Shown piece by piece: positions 51,097-61,866 of a stretch of DNA of 64,000 nt. This DNA comes from Candidatus Freyarchaeum deiterrae (GTDB lineage: Archaea > Asgardarchaeota > Jordiarchaeia > Jordiarchaeales > Jordiarchaeaceae), in contig CP147778.1 in assembly GCA_037305845.1 (NCBI GenBank), positions 3,328,001 to 3,392,000 on the forward strand, given 5' to 3'. A program made the translations under genes and the position numbers. Each line of letters begins with the position of its first letter. Position 1 is the stretch's first letter. The notes below the pieces were generated by a model that saw only the letters and a list, made by a program, of their open reading frames with translations, was not told where the DNA came from and made no database searches.

Positions 51097-51315
51097 ACCT
51101 CTCTCTCCAAGTTCGTTATAGTTTAATTCCCTGCTACTCAGATTTTAAGCCAATTTCAAATTAAGCTTATTTAAAGGTTTCCTTATAGGCAAAAAAGTCC
51201 ATTGGATTTCATGTAAGTTATAACAGTATTTTTATATAGTTAAAAAAGTATGAGATAACTAGGAATGAGTGAGAGGTGTTGAAAAGTAGAAGGCCCTGAA
51301 TTTCCCGGTTTTAAA

Positions 51316-51996
51316 ATGAGTGAGAAGGCTCCATACGAAGTACCACCCGCGAGACCTTTTACGGAGTTTCTTATTAAGGGGTTAAAAGAAGTAGAAATGA
51401 TGTACGGGCATGTGTTCACAATTAGATTCATAAAGCATGCTGTAGAGTTCATCTTTCGAAAAGTCGGTGATAAACCTTCTTGTAATATCGAAAATCTGGA
51501 ACAGTTAGCCGAATATGTGATTTCAAAAGCGGACAAGTACCCCACGCCCTACGCTATGGTTCCGTATGCTCAAGCCAAGACTGAAAATGAGCTTCAGGGT
51601 TACAGCGGAGCAGGAACAACTATGGAAATGGTGGCCCTTTCTGAAGATGTGGCGCAAGGCTCGAAGATTAGTGAAAAAAGCGTGGATATGGACGACGTAT
51701 TGCAGAAGTTGGGTCAATTTTTAACTGTGTTGCAATATAGTCCAAAAGTTTGGGGATACCGGATAAACAAGGATGGAAGCATAGACATTGGTATTCTAAA
51801 ATGCTTCCAGATGGACGGATGCCGAATGGCTTACAATGAGAACGTGTTAAAACGAAGAGACGGAAAGTTGAGATGCGGCATAATCCATTTTGTATGCGGC
51901 TACTTTAAACTAGCCACAGGCCATGTATGGGATTATGATCTACTAGAATACTGCGAATCACACTGCTTAGTAAGAAGCTCCATACGCTATCGCTAA
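51316..51996 (+). CDS. Cys-rich V4R-like ligand-binding protein (family A)
   Basis: KAPYE N-terminus; KCFQMDGC...RC...VC...WDYD...SHC; homology extends 10 codons upstream to GTA 51286. Confidence 0.55.
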   Translation: MSEKAPYEVPPARPFTEFLIKGLKEVEMMYGHVFTIRFIKHAVEFIFRKVGDKPSCNIENLEQLAEYVISKADKYPTPYAMVPYAQAKTENELQGYSGAGTTMEMVALSEDVAQGSKISEKSVDMDDVLQKLGQFLTVLQYSPKVWGYRINKDGSIDIGILKCFQMDGCRMAYNENVLKRRDGKLRCGIIHFVCGYFKLATGHVWDYDLLEYCESHCLVRSSIRYR

Positions 51997-52244
51997 CTTG
52001 AGTATAAAAAGAGCACCAGCCGAAGGAAGTCGGACATAACTCTCATTCAAGAACCCATTAAAAAGATTAAACCCTTTAATCCAACCTAGCATATTGGAGG
52101 CAGTCCTATATCTTAAAATAATAATAGCGAGCTTAAGATTTGAACTCTTTTTTTCCCTCCAGCTAATAATATTTTCAGAAAAATTTCTTTTGTGAAAAAC
52201 ATTTTTAAATAGTAAACCCTTGATTCTTCGTAGGGTGATTTAAT

Positions 52245-52496
52245 TTGCAAAAAAAGGAAAAAAGGCCAACATCTGAGGATGACGAAGCTGAAGAAACTCC
52301 TTGGAAATCCAAGGAAGACACAGAGAACATTTACGACGACGAACAACGGGATAAAATGGTAGAAGACGACGAAATCACATTGGCCGAGGCAGCCTTTATG
52401 GAAGGCAGAGATGAAAAACCATGGAAAAGAAAATACAAACCGCACTTCGACACCGAATCTGTGCAAACATCTGCAGACGATTACTTCGATGATTAA
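52245..52496 (+). CDS. Small acidic hypothetical protein
   Basis: GGTGA SD; IYDDEQRDKMVEDDEITLAEAAFMEG. Confidence 0.6.
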   Translation: MQKKEKRPTSEDDEAEETPWKSKEDTENIYDDEQRDKMVEDDEITLAEAAFMEGRDEKPWKRKYKPHFDTESVQTSADDYFDD

Positions 52497-52803
52497 TTCC
52501 AAAAACTACCGATATCTAAAACATGAAATGAAAATATTGCAAACAGAATTTCGAAACAAATAGCAAAGGTAGTTGACTACAAAAAAACAGTTCAAATATA
52601 ACCTCATTCCACAAAAATAACCTAATTTTTAGGGTTTATTCGATTTTTAGTAAATGTTATTCCATTTAAATAGCAGTTTAAGCTCTAAATTTTAAATGAA
52701 TTTCTTATTGGTTAGTAAATATTTATATGTTTTAAGTACAAACTTTCTTCATTAGAAGAAAAATTGGAGATAAGGCGCTCAAAGAGATGTCTAGGAGGTA
52801 AAT

Positions 52804-53757
52804 TTGTTGATAATACAAACCCCTTGGGCTACGTTCACAGATAATCCCTGGGACTGGCTATATTTCGTTTTAACCAACCGCGGCTTATGGATTTGGATAG
52901 CGCTTGTTGTGGTTCTAGTTTTTGCAGAGCGAATAATCACTTGGTCGGCAAGGCGGGCGGTCAAACAGGTGAACTTACCAAAGACGGCTGCAAACAGCCT
53001 GTTAGTGGTGGTCAGGCTAATTATAGTTCTTTCAATTGTCGTGACGGCTTTGCCTTTGTTAGGCGTTATAATTCCTGCCGAGGTAGCCACGGCGCTTGCT
53101 GCTTCAGTGTCTACGGCTATTGCTCTCTTCGCATCCTTTTCACTCTCCAACGTTATTGCAGGAATATACATTTTCTTCACCAGACCATTTGCGGTAGGAG
53201 ATTATGTGACCATAGGACTATACGAAGGAATAATTGAAGAGATATCGATTAACTATACCACACTGTTCTCACCCAGCAAAATGTTTGTAACCCTGCCAAA
53301 CCAAACAGTAATCAACAGTTCAATAATAAACTATAGACTGAAAGAACGCGTGCACGAAGGAGAATACTTAAAGTCGATCAAGCAAGAAGCTTTAGAAAAA
53401 GAAAAAGCAGCTCGAAAAAAAGAAAAAAGCACTATAAAGAAGGGATTTTTAAGAAGGCATGAAGTGGAAACAATTGCTACGATTTTCAAAGAGATGAAAA
53501 TCTACGGTTACAACTTGGACATTGGAGTAAGAACCGATGATTACATCAGTGGAAAAATTGAAGCGAATTTCAACAGAGTCATTAAGAAATGGAAACCAGA
53601 GTTCGGATACACACCAAGCTTTCTGGTCTGGAAAGTAGACGCCGGCTCAATAATTTTCCGCTTCATAATAACTGTAGACGACCCAACCAAAATAATAGAT
53701 AACCGTGACGAGTTAATAAAAGACCTTTTGGAAGCCGTTACTCCCAAAAAAAGCTAA
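52804..53757 (+). CDS. MscS-family mechanosensitive channel
   Basis: Three TMs; SNVIAGIYIFFTRPFAVGDYV; LPN. Confidence 0.85.
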   Translation: MLIIQTPWATFTDNPWDWLYFVLTNRGLWIWIALVVVLVFAERIITWSARRAVKQVNLPKTAANSLLVVVRLIIVLSIVVTALPLLGVIIPAEVATALAASVSTAIALFASFSLSNVIAGIYIFFTRPFAVGDYVTIGLYEGIIEEISINYTTLFSPSKMFVTLPNQTVINSSIINYRLKERVHEGEYLKSIKQEALEKEKAARKKEKSTIKKGFLRRHEVETIATIFKEMKIYGYNLDIGVRTDDYISGKIEANFNRVIKKWKPEFGYTPSFLVWKVDAGSIIFRFIITVDDPTKIIDNRDELIKDLLEAVTPKKS

Positions 53758-54007
53758 AGTAACTCTCTGAATCATCTCATCAAAAAACATGTGAACGTGT
53801 AAATAGAAAGTCCTATCACAAATCTGTTTCCAATCTACATTCCCTTTTTCTCTTATAATATTTTTTAAAAAAACTTGATTTTTGAAAGGTAATTTCAAAA
53901 AGACAAAGAAATCAATCTACAATCAATTTTTGGAAATGTAACCGTTTTATTTTGCAAATCTTTTTCTTATTTTATTGGCCAAGGTATTTTCTGCTCACCT
54001 ATTCTGT

Positions 54008-54919
54008 TCATGAATTTTTCACTTCTTCAAGTCTTTTTTCGACATAGTCCACTATCGGACTTAATTTTTGACTGAGGCTGTCTGTATCCTTTTTTTCTTC
54101 TGAAACCAGAGAAGGCACTTGAATAGTTTTGATATCCTTAGCGTATTCCAGTACGTTTTCAGCTCTTAAACCCAGAGGATCTCTCCCCGAGTCTTTCATA
54201 AATTTAATAATTTGGGCGAACCTCTCAGGATCATAGAAGATAACAAGACCGGGAGCAACACCAATAACCAAATCGTAAATGAGGTCGGGGTTAGGGCAAA
54301 CCGCATCATTGTATCCCTCGATTAGCACATTTCTATGTTCTTCGCAGACTTTTTTGTAACAGCTCGGTATAGCCTGGGATGAGAGTTCCTCGTATACTTG
54401 GTTCCATTTTTCCACAGAACCGATTTGAATCGCTTCAGAGGCTTTGCTTATAACATCCTTCACGAAAGTTTCCTCTTGAAACAGCACATCTTTGGCACTG
54501 GCTGAATTTATGCAGATAATATTATTGATAATACCCGAATTGTAAATGGTGTATCTTTCCAGTACCAGATGTGAGAAGGATTGATACTCATCAATATAAA
54601 ACTGGTTCCATTCCTTTCCAAGTAGGTAGCCTTCTACTCTAAGAGGACTCATAAGAGCATCAACCGGGTTCGTTAAAACGTAGGGCAGGGTATCCCCACC
54701 TCGAGCCTCCCTGAGCTCAATAATGTCCTGACAGAATAATTGCCCCTCCTCCCTGCAATTCCGAAACGCGTCATACTGATACCAGTAGTTGTGACCGGAA
54801 CGGGGCTTAAAAACACCTACATCCATGCCCCTGTTAATCAAGCCCCGCACAATAGCCCTACTAACGAGCGTTTTTCCCGGAGAATCGGGCAACAGACCAA
54901 ACACAAAAACAGAGGCCAA
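54008..54919 (-). CDS. Archaeal predicted P-loop NTPase (dethiobiotin synthetase-like fold)
   Basis: GLLPDSPGKT, FKPRSGHNYWYQY, NPVDAL, LIEGYND. Confidence 0.7.
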   Translation of the reverse strand: MASVFVFGLLPDSPGKTLVSRAIVRGLINRGMDVGVFKPRSGHNYWYQYDAFRNCREEGQLFCQDIIELREARGGDTLPYVLTNPVDALMSPLRVEGYLLGKEWNQFYIDEYQSFSHLVLERYTIYNSGIINNIICINSASAKDVLFQEETFVKDVISKASEAIQIGSVEKWNQVYEELSSQAIPSCYKKVCEEHRNVLIEGYNDAVCPNPDLIYDLVIGVAPGLVIFYDPERFAQIIKFMKDSGRDPLGLRAENVLEYAKDIKTIQVPSLVSEEKKDTDSLSQKLSPIVDYVEKRLEEVKNS

Positions 54920-55197
54920 GAAATCACCCTCAACCAGAAACTAATAGTGCAATCTCTTTTTAAAAAAAACCTAGCGAAATTATTAATTTTTTCCTCATTA
55001 AAATCTGAGTGATGTAGGGGACCCAAATAAAACCTCCCAATGCAGGTACGTTAAAAAATATTTCAAATTTAAAAAAAGGCTTGGGCAAGTATATTTTCCA
55101 ATGCGAGAACTACCATTTTACTGTTATGAGAAAATCCTAAAAAAATATGAAGCCAGAGAGAAATTATTCTAGAAGCTAGTCTTATTCTCTACTTTTG

Positions 55198-55473
55198 TTA
55201 CTTTTTACTGGCGGGCTTTATTTTTCCGAATTTTTTTTCGAATTTTTTCAAGCTTTCCTCGAAATTTTTAAAGAAAGCTTTTGCATCTGCAGGATTCATG
55301 ACCAAAGCTGCTACAACGCGTGCTGTTTCCTCATCTCCGGCTCGAAGGGCGAAATCGAAGTTTACAGTAAAGTTAGAAAACGCAATTGCGACAACATTCG
55401 AGAACAGACCCAATTTTTGATTATCACTTTCGTAAACAAACTTGGGTACACTTTTAGAATCCATCAGGATCAC
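55198..55473 (-). CDS. Small DUF3467-like protein
   Basis: FSNVVAIAFS..VNFDF...MNPADAKAF...FEKKFGKI pattern. Confidence 0.6.
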   Translation of the reverse strand: MILMDSKSVPKFVYESDNQKLGLFSNVVAIAFSNFTVNFDFALRAGDEETARVVAALVMNPADAKAFFKNFEESLKKFEKKFGKIKPASKK

Positions 55474-55716
55474 CTTCCATCAACAACGATGACCAATTTT
55501 CAATCTTTTTAAAATCGCAGAGTTTGATAATAAAATAATTTAATTTATTTTTTTAGAGGTGTTAACTGCTATGCTTTCCCTTAAGATACTCACCTTAAGA
55601 TATATTAATGCTGTTAAAAGATTATATATTTTTCCAAACGAAAAGACACTTCAGAATCCCCAAAATTTCTCGAAAAATGAAAAATAGAAAGTTTGTTAGT
55701 CTCGTTTAGGAGGGTA

Positions 55717-56181
55717 CTATTTTTCTTGGATTACCAATTTGAGGTAACAAACTTTGTCCTTGTTTTCTACTTTAATATCTAAAACATCTCCTAAATCGAT
55801 GCTAATGAGAGCCGTCGTAAAAATGCTGACGCCGCATAAAGCGCAGGCCCCGTATCCCTGGGATTTTCCGAAGTTAGCTAGGTCGAGCCACATACAGTCA
55901 GGCACCTTCATGCTGAGAACACCTTTCGAGTAATCGATTTCGAAATTTTCTATGTCTACAATATTGAGGTTTTTCATAGCCGCTTTGTAACCTATTATAA
56001 ACTTGTCCATGGTTTTTGCATGTTCGTCTCCTGCAAATTGTTTGGAAATGCCGTTAACCATTGGAGTCAATACTCTGGCTGTCTGGCGTCCAATCAGTGT
56101 GGGCTTTATTCCTATCTTATCCAAGGCACTCAGCACCGATCCGTAGAGTAGAACATTTGCTATGGGGTTCCATCTTGCCAT
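55717..56181 (-). CDS. V4R-like Cys protein family B, copy 1
   Basis: MARWNP start matches paralogs; VPDCMW...CALCG...VC. Confidence 0.6.
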   Translation of the reverse strand: MARWNPIANVLLYGSVLSALDKIGIKPTLIGRQTARVLTPMVNGISKQFAGDEHAKTMDKFIIGYKAAMKNLNIVDIENFEIDYSKGVLSMKVPDCMWLDLANFGKSQGYGACALCGVSIFTTALISIDLGDVLDIKVENKDKVCYLKLVIQEK

Positions 56182-56400
56182 GCATATTCGCCTCTTCATT
56201 TAATGGTTCCAGCCTAAAAGCTGGAACAAATACATTACATTACGTTAGTTATCTTCTTGATATTTATTTGATTATATTCTGTATTAATACAACACAATAG
56301 AGATTATAAACTTTTTTATAGAATTCTTTATTGTATCGTATATAATAATATTTAATCTGATATACTTTATAAAAAAAATAGCAATTTTTTGGGGTGTATA

Positions 56401-56871
56401 TTATTGTTCAGAAATCGCCAATTTAAGGTTACAAACCTTTTCCTTGTTTTCTACCTTGATGTCTGAAACTTCACCTAAATCCAGGGTGCTAATGAGAGCC
56501 GTTGTAAAAATACCGGCGCCACAAAACGCGCAAGTCTTGTACCCCTGAGATTTTCCGAAGTTAAGCATGTCGAGCCACATACAGTCAGTTACCTTCATGC
56601 TAAGAACACCTTTCGAGTAATTCATTTCAAAACTTTCTCTATCAAAAACATTGAGGTGCTTTAAAGCCGTTTTGAAATCTATTATAAACTGGTCCATGGT
56701 TTTTGCAGGTTGCTCTGCTTCTGCATATTTTTGGGCAATATCTTTAATCATCGGAGCCAATACTCTGGCTGTCTGGCGTCCGATCAGTGTGGGCTTTATT
56801 CCTATCTTATCCAAGGCACTCAGTAACGATCCACAAAGTAAGACATTGGCTATAGGATCCCATCTTGACAT
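56401..56871 (-). CDS. V4R-like Cys protein family B, copy 2
   Basis: MSRWDP...DCMW...CAFCG...VC. Confidence 0.6.
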   Translation of the reverse strand: MSRWDPIANVLLCGSLLSALDKIGIKPTLIGRQTARVLAPMIKDIAQKYAEAEQPAKTMDQFIIDFKTALKHLNVFDRESFEMNYSKGVLSMKVTDCMWLDMLNFGKSQGYKTCAFCGAGIFTTALISTLDLGEVSDIKVENKEKVCNLKLAISEQ

Positions 56872-57225
56872 GACTATTTCACCTCTTCATTTTATGGTTC
56901 TTTTGTCTAAAAATTAGAACAAATATACAGTCTTTCAACTCAGTTCGTGAGGCTTGAAAATTTCACGTTTTCGCTTTCCCTTTAGAACCTCACATTAAAT
57001 CAATTTATAAAGATGAATCACGAGATATAATTCTTTCTATCTTGGAAATGTTAAATTTGTTCCGTTGCTACTTGTTTCTCACTGATTTTTTCTTTTGCGT
57101 GGGGAAAAGCGGCCTTTTCCGCTACTTTTTAGTAACGCCAAAAACGGAAATCAGCTTAATTTAACATTGTCGAGTTAATTTTTAGAAAAAAATAGGAAGT
57201 TTATTAGTTTTCTTTCAGAAGGGCA

Positions 57226-57693
57226 CTATTTTTCTTGGATTACCAATTTGAGGAAGCAAACTCTTTCATTATTATCTACTTGAATGTCTAAAACATCGCC
57301 TAAATTCTCAGTGCTAATGAATGCTGTTAAGAAAACACTAACGCCGCATAGTGCGCAGGCACTGTATCCCTGGGATTTTCCGTGGTTAGCTAGGTCGAGC
57401 CACATACAGTCAGGTACCTTAACACTGAGAACGCCGTTCGAGTAATCAGTCTCAAAATTTTCTTGGTCCCAAATATTAAATTTTTTCATAGCCGTTTTTG
57501 AATCTTTTAAAAACTGTTCCATGGTTTTTACAGAGCCTGCTTTTGCATATTTTTGTGAAAAATTTTTGAACATGGGAGCTAATACTCTTGCTATCTGGCG
57601 TCCTATTAAAGCGGGCTTTACTCCCACCTCATCCAAGACATGCAGTAACGAACCGTAAACTAGAACATTAGCCATAGGGTCCCATCTTGACAT
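57226..57693 (-). CDS. V4R-like Cys protein family B, copy 3
   Basis: MSRWDP...DCMW...CALCG...VC. Confidence 0.6.
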   Translation of the reverse strand: MSRWDPMANVLVYGSLLHVLDEVGVKPALIGRQIARVLAPMFKNFSQKYAKAGSVKTMEQFLKDSKTAMKKFNIWDQENFETDYSNGVLSVKVPDCMWLDLANHGKSQGYSACALCGVSVFLTAFISTENLGDVLDIQVDNNERVCFLKLVIQEK

Positions 57694-58093
57694 GATTATT
57701 CACCTCTCAATTAAATGGTTACCGTCTAAATAAAAAAATAATAAAGCCTTTCGACTTGTTCATAATCCTTGGAAATTTCTCTCTCCCTTTCCCTTTTTCA
57801 ATAATCGCTATAATAAAATTGTTTATACTTTTTATATATATTTTTTCTGTTCTTGAAAAATCAAAAAAAACAAAAGCACTTTTCATATGAAAATAATTCG
57901 AGTGAAAAAACGAATAATTTGCAAACTTTAGTGCTAAGTAATAATGTGAATGCCAGTGTGATTTAATCTCCAATTTGTCGTTAAATTATGAAAGATTTGT
58001 TAGAATTTCAACTTACAGTTTTAAGAGAAATCCAAAGAATTAGGGAAAAATAATAAAAATAAGAAGTTTTAATTTATTTTTTTCAGATTTGCT

Positions 58094-58561
58094 TTACTTT
58101 TCTTGGATTGCAAATTTGAGGTAACAGATCTTTTCCTTGTTTTCTACTTTGATATCTAAAACCTCACCTATATCCATTGTGCTAATCATAGCCGCTGCAA
58201 AAATACTGTGACTACATAACGCGCAAGTCTTGTACCCCTGGGATTTTCCGAAGTTAAGTATGTCGAGCCACATACAGTCAGGTACCTTAACGCTGAGCAC
58301 ATCTTTCGAGTAATCAACTTCAAAACTTTCCCTGTCTAAAAGATTGAGGTTTTTCATAGCCGCTTTGTAATCAATTATAAACTGGTCCATTGTTTTTGCA
58401 GACTCGTTTCCTGAAAATTTTTGGTAAATGTCTTTAAGTGTCGGAGCCAATACTCTGGCTGTTTGGCGTCCGATCAATGTGGGCTTTATTCCTATCTTAT
58501 CCAAGGCATTCAGTAACGATCCATAAACTAGAAAATTGCCTACAGGATCCCATCTTGACAA
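58094..58561 (-). CDS. V4R-like Cys protein family B, copy 4
   Basis: TTG start; SRWDP...DCMW...CALCS...IC. Confidence 0.6.
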   Translation of the reverse strand: MSRWDPVGNFLVYGSLLNALDKIGIKPTLIGRQTARVLAPTLKDIYQKFSGNESAKTMDQFIIDYKAAMKNLNLLDRESFEVDYSKDVLSVKVPDCMWLDILNFGKSQGYKTCALCSHSIFAAAMISTMDIGEVLDIKVENKEKICYLKFAIQEK

Positions 58562-59015
58562 GCATATTCACCTCTTCATTTAATGGTTCCAGCCTAAAAG
58601 CTGAAACAAATAATACAGTAATTTCTACTTGGTTATGAGATTCGTAAATTTTACGCTTTCCCTTTCAGGTGCTTATAACAATATATAATAAAGTTATATA
58701 ACAGGTTTATATATTTTTCTGCTTTATTCTCAAAAAATAATGATTACTCCTTTGTTTAGAATACTAAACAAAAGTTGAAAGCAAAAATAATACAAAAATC
58801 ATATCTTCGAAAGCGTCAAAAGGCAGATGCCTGAACCGTGACCCTCTCAATTAGGAACACTTGAAAGACAGAAAAATAAGGCCCAGAGCTTGGAAATAAA
58901 AAACAACAAAAAATTCAGTAAACCAAATGAAGAGATAAACCTTCAAGGAAACCAATTCGTTAAACTTGAATGCTTTGAAATCAGAAAACTATCACCTTAT
59001 CCGCTACAATCGGCG

Positions 59016-59657
59016 CTAGACTTTAAAGGCAGAGGGACATAACTTGTTCACTACACATTCTCCGCATTTCGCTTTTTTAGCAGTGCATATCCTCCTACCG
59101 TGGGTAACTAAGAGGTTGGTCAATTCGAACCAATCGCCCTTTGGAAACAAGTTCATCAAATCTATCTCAATCTTGTCTCTGTTTTTTTCCTCCTTAGTAA
59201 ATCCCAGTCGCTGGGCCAGTCTCATAACGTGCGTATCGACAGCAATTCCCTCATTAACGCCGTAAGCGTTTGAAAGCACTAGATTAGCTGTTTTTCTAGC
59301 AACGCCGGGAAGCCTAACCATTTCCTCCATGGTCTTAGGAACCTGCGAGTTAAACTCCTCCACAAGCATCCTGGAAGCGCTTTTTATAGACTTCGACTTA
59401 TTCCTGTAAAATCCGGTGGATTTAACCTCCTGCTCCAGTTCCTCAAGATCCGCATTGGCGTAATCTCCCGCAGTTTTATATTTTTTAAAAAGATGTTCGG
59501 TTACCTGATTAACTTTTTCATCGGTGCACTGTGCAGCGAGTATGGTTGCCACGAGCAGGTCTAGCGGGGTCTTAAAATTGAGCGCGGTGCCCCCCACGTT
59601 TGTGTACTCCTTTCTCAGGAGTTCAAATACTTTTAACGCCCTTTCCTTATCACTCAT
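59016..59657 (-). CDS. nth: Endonuclease III
   Basis: [10 protein letters not shown] HhH, VDTHV, C-x6-C-x2-C-x5-C Fe-S motif; start refined to ATG 59657. Confidence 0.95.
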   Translation of the reverse strand: MSDKERALKVFELLRKEYTNVGGTALNFKTPLDLLVATILAAQCTDEKVNQVTEHLFKKYKTAGDYANADLEELEQEVKSTGFYRNKSKSIKSASRMLVEEFNSQVPKTMEEMVRLPGVARKTANLVLSNAYGVNEGIAVDTHVMRLAQRLGFTKEEKNRDKIEIDLMNLFPKGDWFELTNLLVTHGRRICTAKKAKCGECVVNKLCPSAFKV

Positions 59658-60102
59658 TTTTGTCGCACCTGAAGAATAGCCATCCGTTTTCAACTTTATT
59701 GAATCGTATTAGGCAGTAGCGTCCATTCAGGAGTTTGCCCTTCAATTGAACGATTATGTCCTTTTCAGACCACTTTTCCTCATCATACGTGCCCTGATCC
59801 CATATCTCCACTTTGCCCGCACCGTACTCTCCCTCCGCTATCTCTCCCTCAAAATTCGCATAGTCAATCGGGTGATCCTCAGTACTTATAACAAGCCTTC
59901 TGACCCCCTTCTTGGTTGGGGGCTCTTTGGGAACCGCCCAGCTCTTAAGAACACCCTCCCTTTCCAGTCTCAGATCCCAGTGGAGGTGACTCGCAAAATG
60001 CTTCTGTATAACGTAAATCTTACCGTTACCCTTTTTCACTTCTCCCGGGGGTTCCTTGGTTTTGCTGAAATCCCTCTTCTTCTTATACTCCTCCAGACTC
60101 AT
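59650..60102 (-). CDS. Stand-alone LigD 3'-phosphoesterase (PE) domain protein
   Basis: [39 protein letters not shown]. Confidence 0.92.
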   Translation of the reverse strand: MSLEEYKKKRDFSKTKEPPGEVKKGNGKIYVIQKHFASHLHWDLRLEREGVLKSWAVPKEPPTKKGVRRLVISTEDHPIDYANFEGEIAEGEYGAGKVEIWDQGTYDEEKWSEKDIIVQLKGKLLNGRYCLIRFNKVENGWLFFRCDKNE

Positions 60103-60213
60103 AATTATGAAAATCCAGAAGTTCCCTTATAAAACTTGTTGAAAACTGAACCAAATTGCGGGAAAATTTAAGTCTTATGCGATACGACAATCTTACAGCT
60201 AAAATCATGAGTA

Positions 60214-60588
60214 ATGGGTTTGTGGAGAGTGATAATATTGCCAGAAAAAGAAAATAAAAAAAGTCAGACCAAAGACGTGGATAAAAGTGTGGAGCTTCTC
60301 AAAATTCAAGTCTGCTCAGACCGTATCCACGTAAGATTGTCTTATTTGACAACTATTAGTTGGGCCATTTGGATTGGTTTTGCGGTGCTTTTCTACACGT
60401 TATATTCTCAAAATGTGCTTCCACTAGTAGCGATAGGCCTCGGTGTGCTAACACTTACCCTGGGCACAATTTATCAGGTTTTTCATTATCGTAGGAGCTA
60501 CCAAAAAGAACTGGTAAGGATTTCGGAATTGATAGAAAAAGTTAAGCAGGGAAATGAATTGCCCAGACTGGAGGAGCTAATGAAATAG
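60214..60588 (+). CDS. Hypothetical two-TM membrane protein
   Basis: Two hydrophobic segments. Confidence 0.55.
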   Translation: MGLWRVIILPEKENKKSQTKDVDKSVELLKIQVCSDRIHVRLSYLTTISWAIWIGFAVLFYTLYSQNVLPLVAIGLGVLTLTLGTIYQVFHYRRSYQKELVRISELIEKVKQGNELPRLEELMK

Positions 60589-60735
60589 AGAAAAGAGGGT
60601 AGAAGAGAAAAACTAGCTGCTTAGAGTTAGTTTACGTCATTTAGCGAAAGCCACAACAGAGCCGCTAAAAATATTTATATCCAATTTGGGGGAAAAATAA
60701 GAAAAAAGTCCTATTATAATTAAGTTGGTGAAAAA

Positions 60736-61098
60736 ATGGCTAGAGCTGGCGTAGTAGTTAGTGGTGTAATTGCAATTTTTGGTGTAGCTTTTGGGGCCCT
60801 TTACGGATTGGATAAGATGTCTGGAGCCCTGACAGGATTAACTCTTAGTAATTTACTTAGTAATTTATTTAACCCGCAGACATTTGTGGGGTTAGTCATT
60901 TTGGCAGCTTCGGCGGTTGCACTTGTCTGCAGCATATTATTAATAGTAGACAGATTGGCCGTAGTGGCCGCGTTAATTGTACTCATCTGGGGTATCCTGC
61001 TGCTCTTTATCTTCGGTGGCTCCCCATTTGCAGTTATTGGAGGAATCCTTTTAGTTATCGGTGGATTCATCGGACTAATCACCTCGATTGCAAGCTAA
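60736..61098 (+). CDS. Hypothetical multi-TM membrane protein
   Basis: GGTGA SD; four hydrophobic segments. Confidence 0.65.
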   Translation: MARAGVVVSGVIAIFGVAFGALYGLDKMSGALTGLTLSNLLSNLFNPQTFVGLVILAASAVALVCSILLIVDRLAVVAALIVLIWGILLLFIFGGSPFAVIGGILLVIGGFIGLITSIAS

Positions 61099-61246
61099 AA
61101 AAAGTTATTTTTTCATTCATCTCTATTCTTTTTTAGATAGTTAAGAACTTTTAAGTCCAAGTAAGTAAAAGCATTCAAACAATTTTAAAGGATTGAGTTG
61201 AGTATTATTTTTAATACTGGTTGACTAATTATTTATTGGAAGTGGG

Positions 61247-61792
61247 ATGGAGTTGAGCTCGGATGAAGAGTTTCTTAAAAGGTTTGAAACAGTGTACAAG
61301 TTGAATGACGGGCGTGAAGTGTTATTCCGTCCTTTGAAGCCCAAAGAAGATGTGGATATGCTGTACCAGTTTTACAGTACCCTTTCGAAGGAGAAAAACT
61401 ATTTCCGGTTTTTGAGTTATCGCAGGGTCACTCGATGGATTGTGGAGGAGTGGTCCAACGTAAATTACGATATAAGTATGATTCTGGTGGCGGTGGTGAA
61501 TGAGGGGGGAGCGAGTAGGATTGTTGCTGATTCCCGGTACTATCTGGACAAGAGCACCGGGGCGGCTGAGATCGCCATTGTGGTTTACAACGATTGGCAG
61601 CACAAGGGCATAGGGACTAATTTACTCTTGCACATGATAAAAGTGGCAAAGGAAATGGGTGTAAAAAAACTGTACGCTTATGTATCCTCAGAGAATAGAA
61701 AAATAGCCAGCATAGGGATAAAAATCGGCTTCACCGTGAAATGGTACCCAGACGTGGGTGAATATGGAGGAGAACTGATTCTGAACGAGTGA
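61247..61792 (+). CDS. GNAT family acetyltransferase (Pat-like GNAT domain)
   Basis: YFRFL, AEIAIVVYNDWQHKGIGT. Confidence 0.88.
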   Translation: MELSSDEEFLKRFETVYKLNDGREVLFRPLKPKEDVDMLYQFYSTLSKEKNYFRFLSYRRVTRWIVEEWSNVNYDISMILVAVVNEGGASRIVADSRYYLDKSTGAAEIAIVVYNDWQHKGIGTNLLLHMIKVAKEMGVKKLYAYVSSENRKIASIGIKIGFTVKWYPDVGEYGGELILNE

Positions 61793-61866
61793 ATCATGAA
61801 GAGGTTTCGAATCGCAAAAAACTGGGGAATAATGAAAGTTTCATTTTAAATATTGTCATCTACTTT

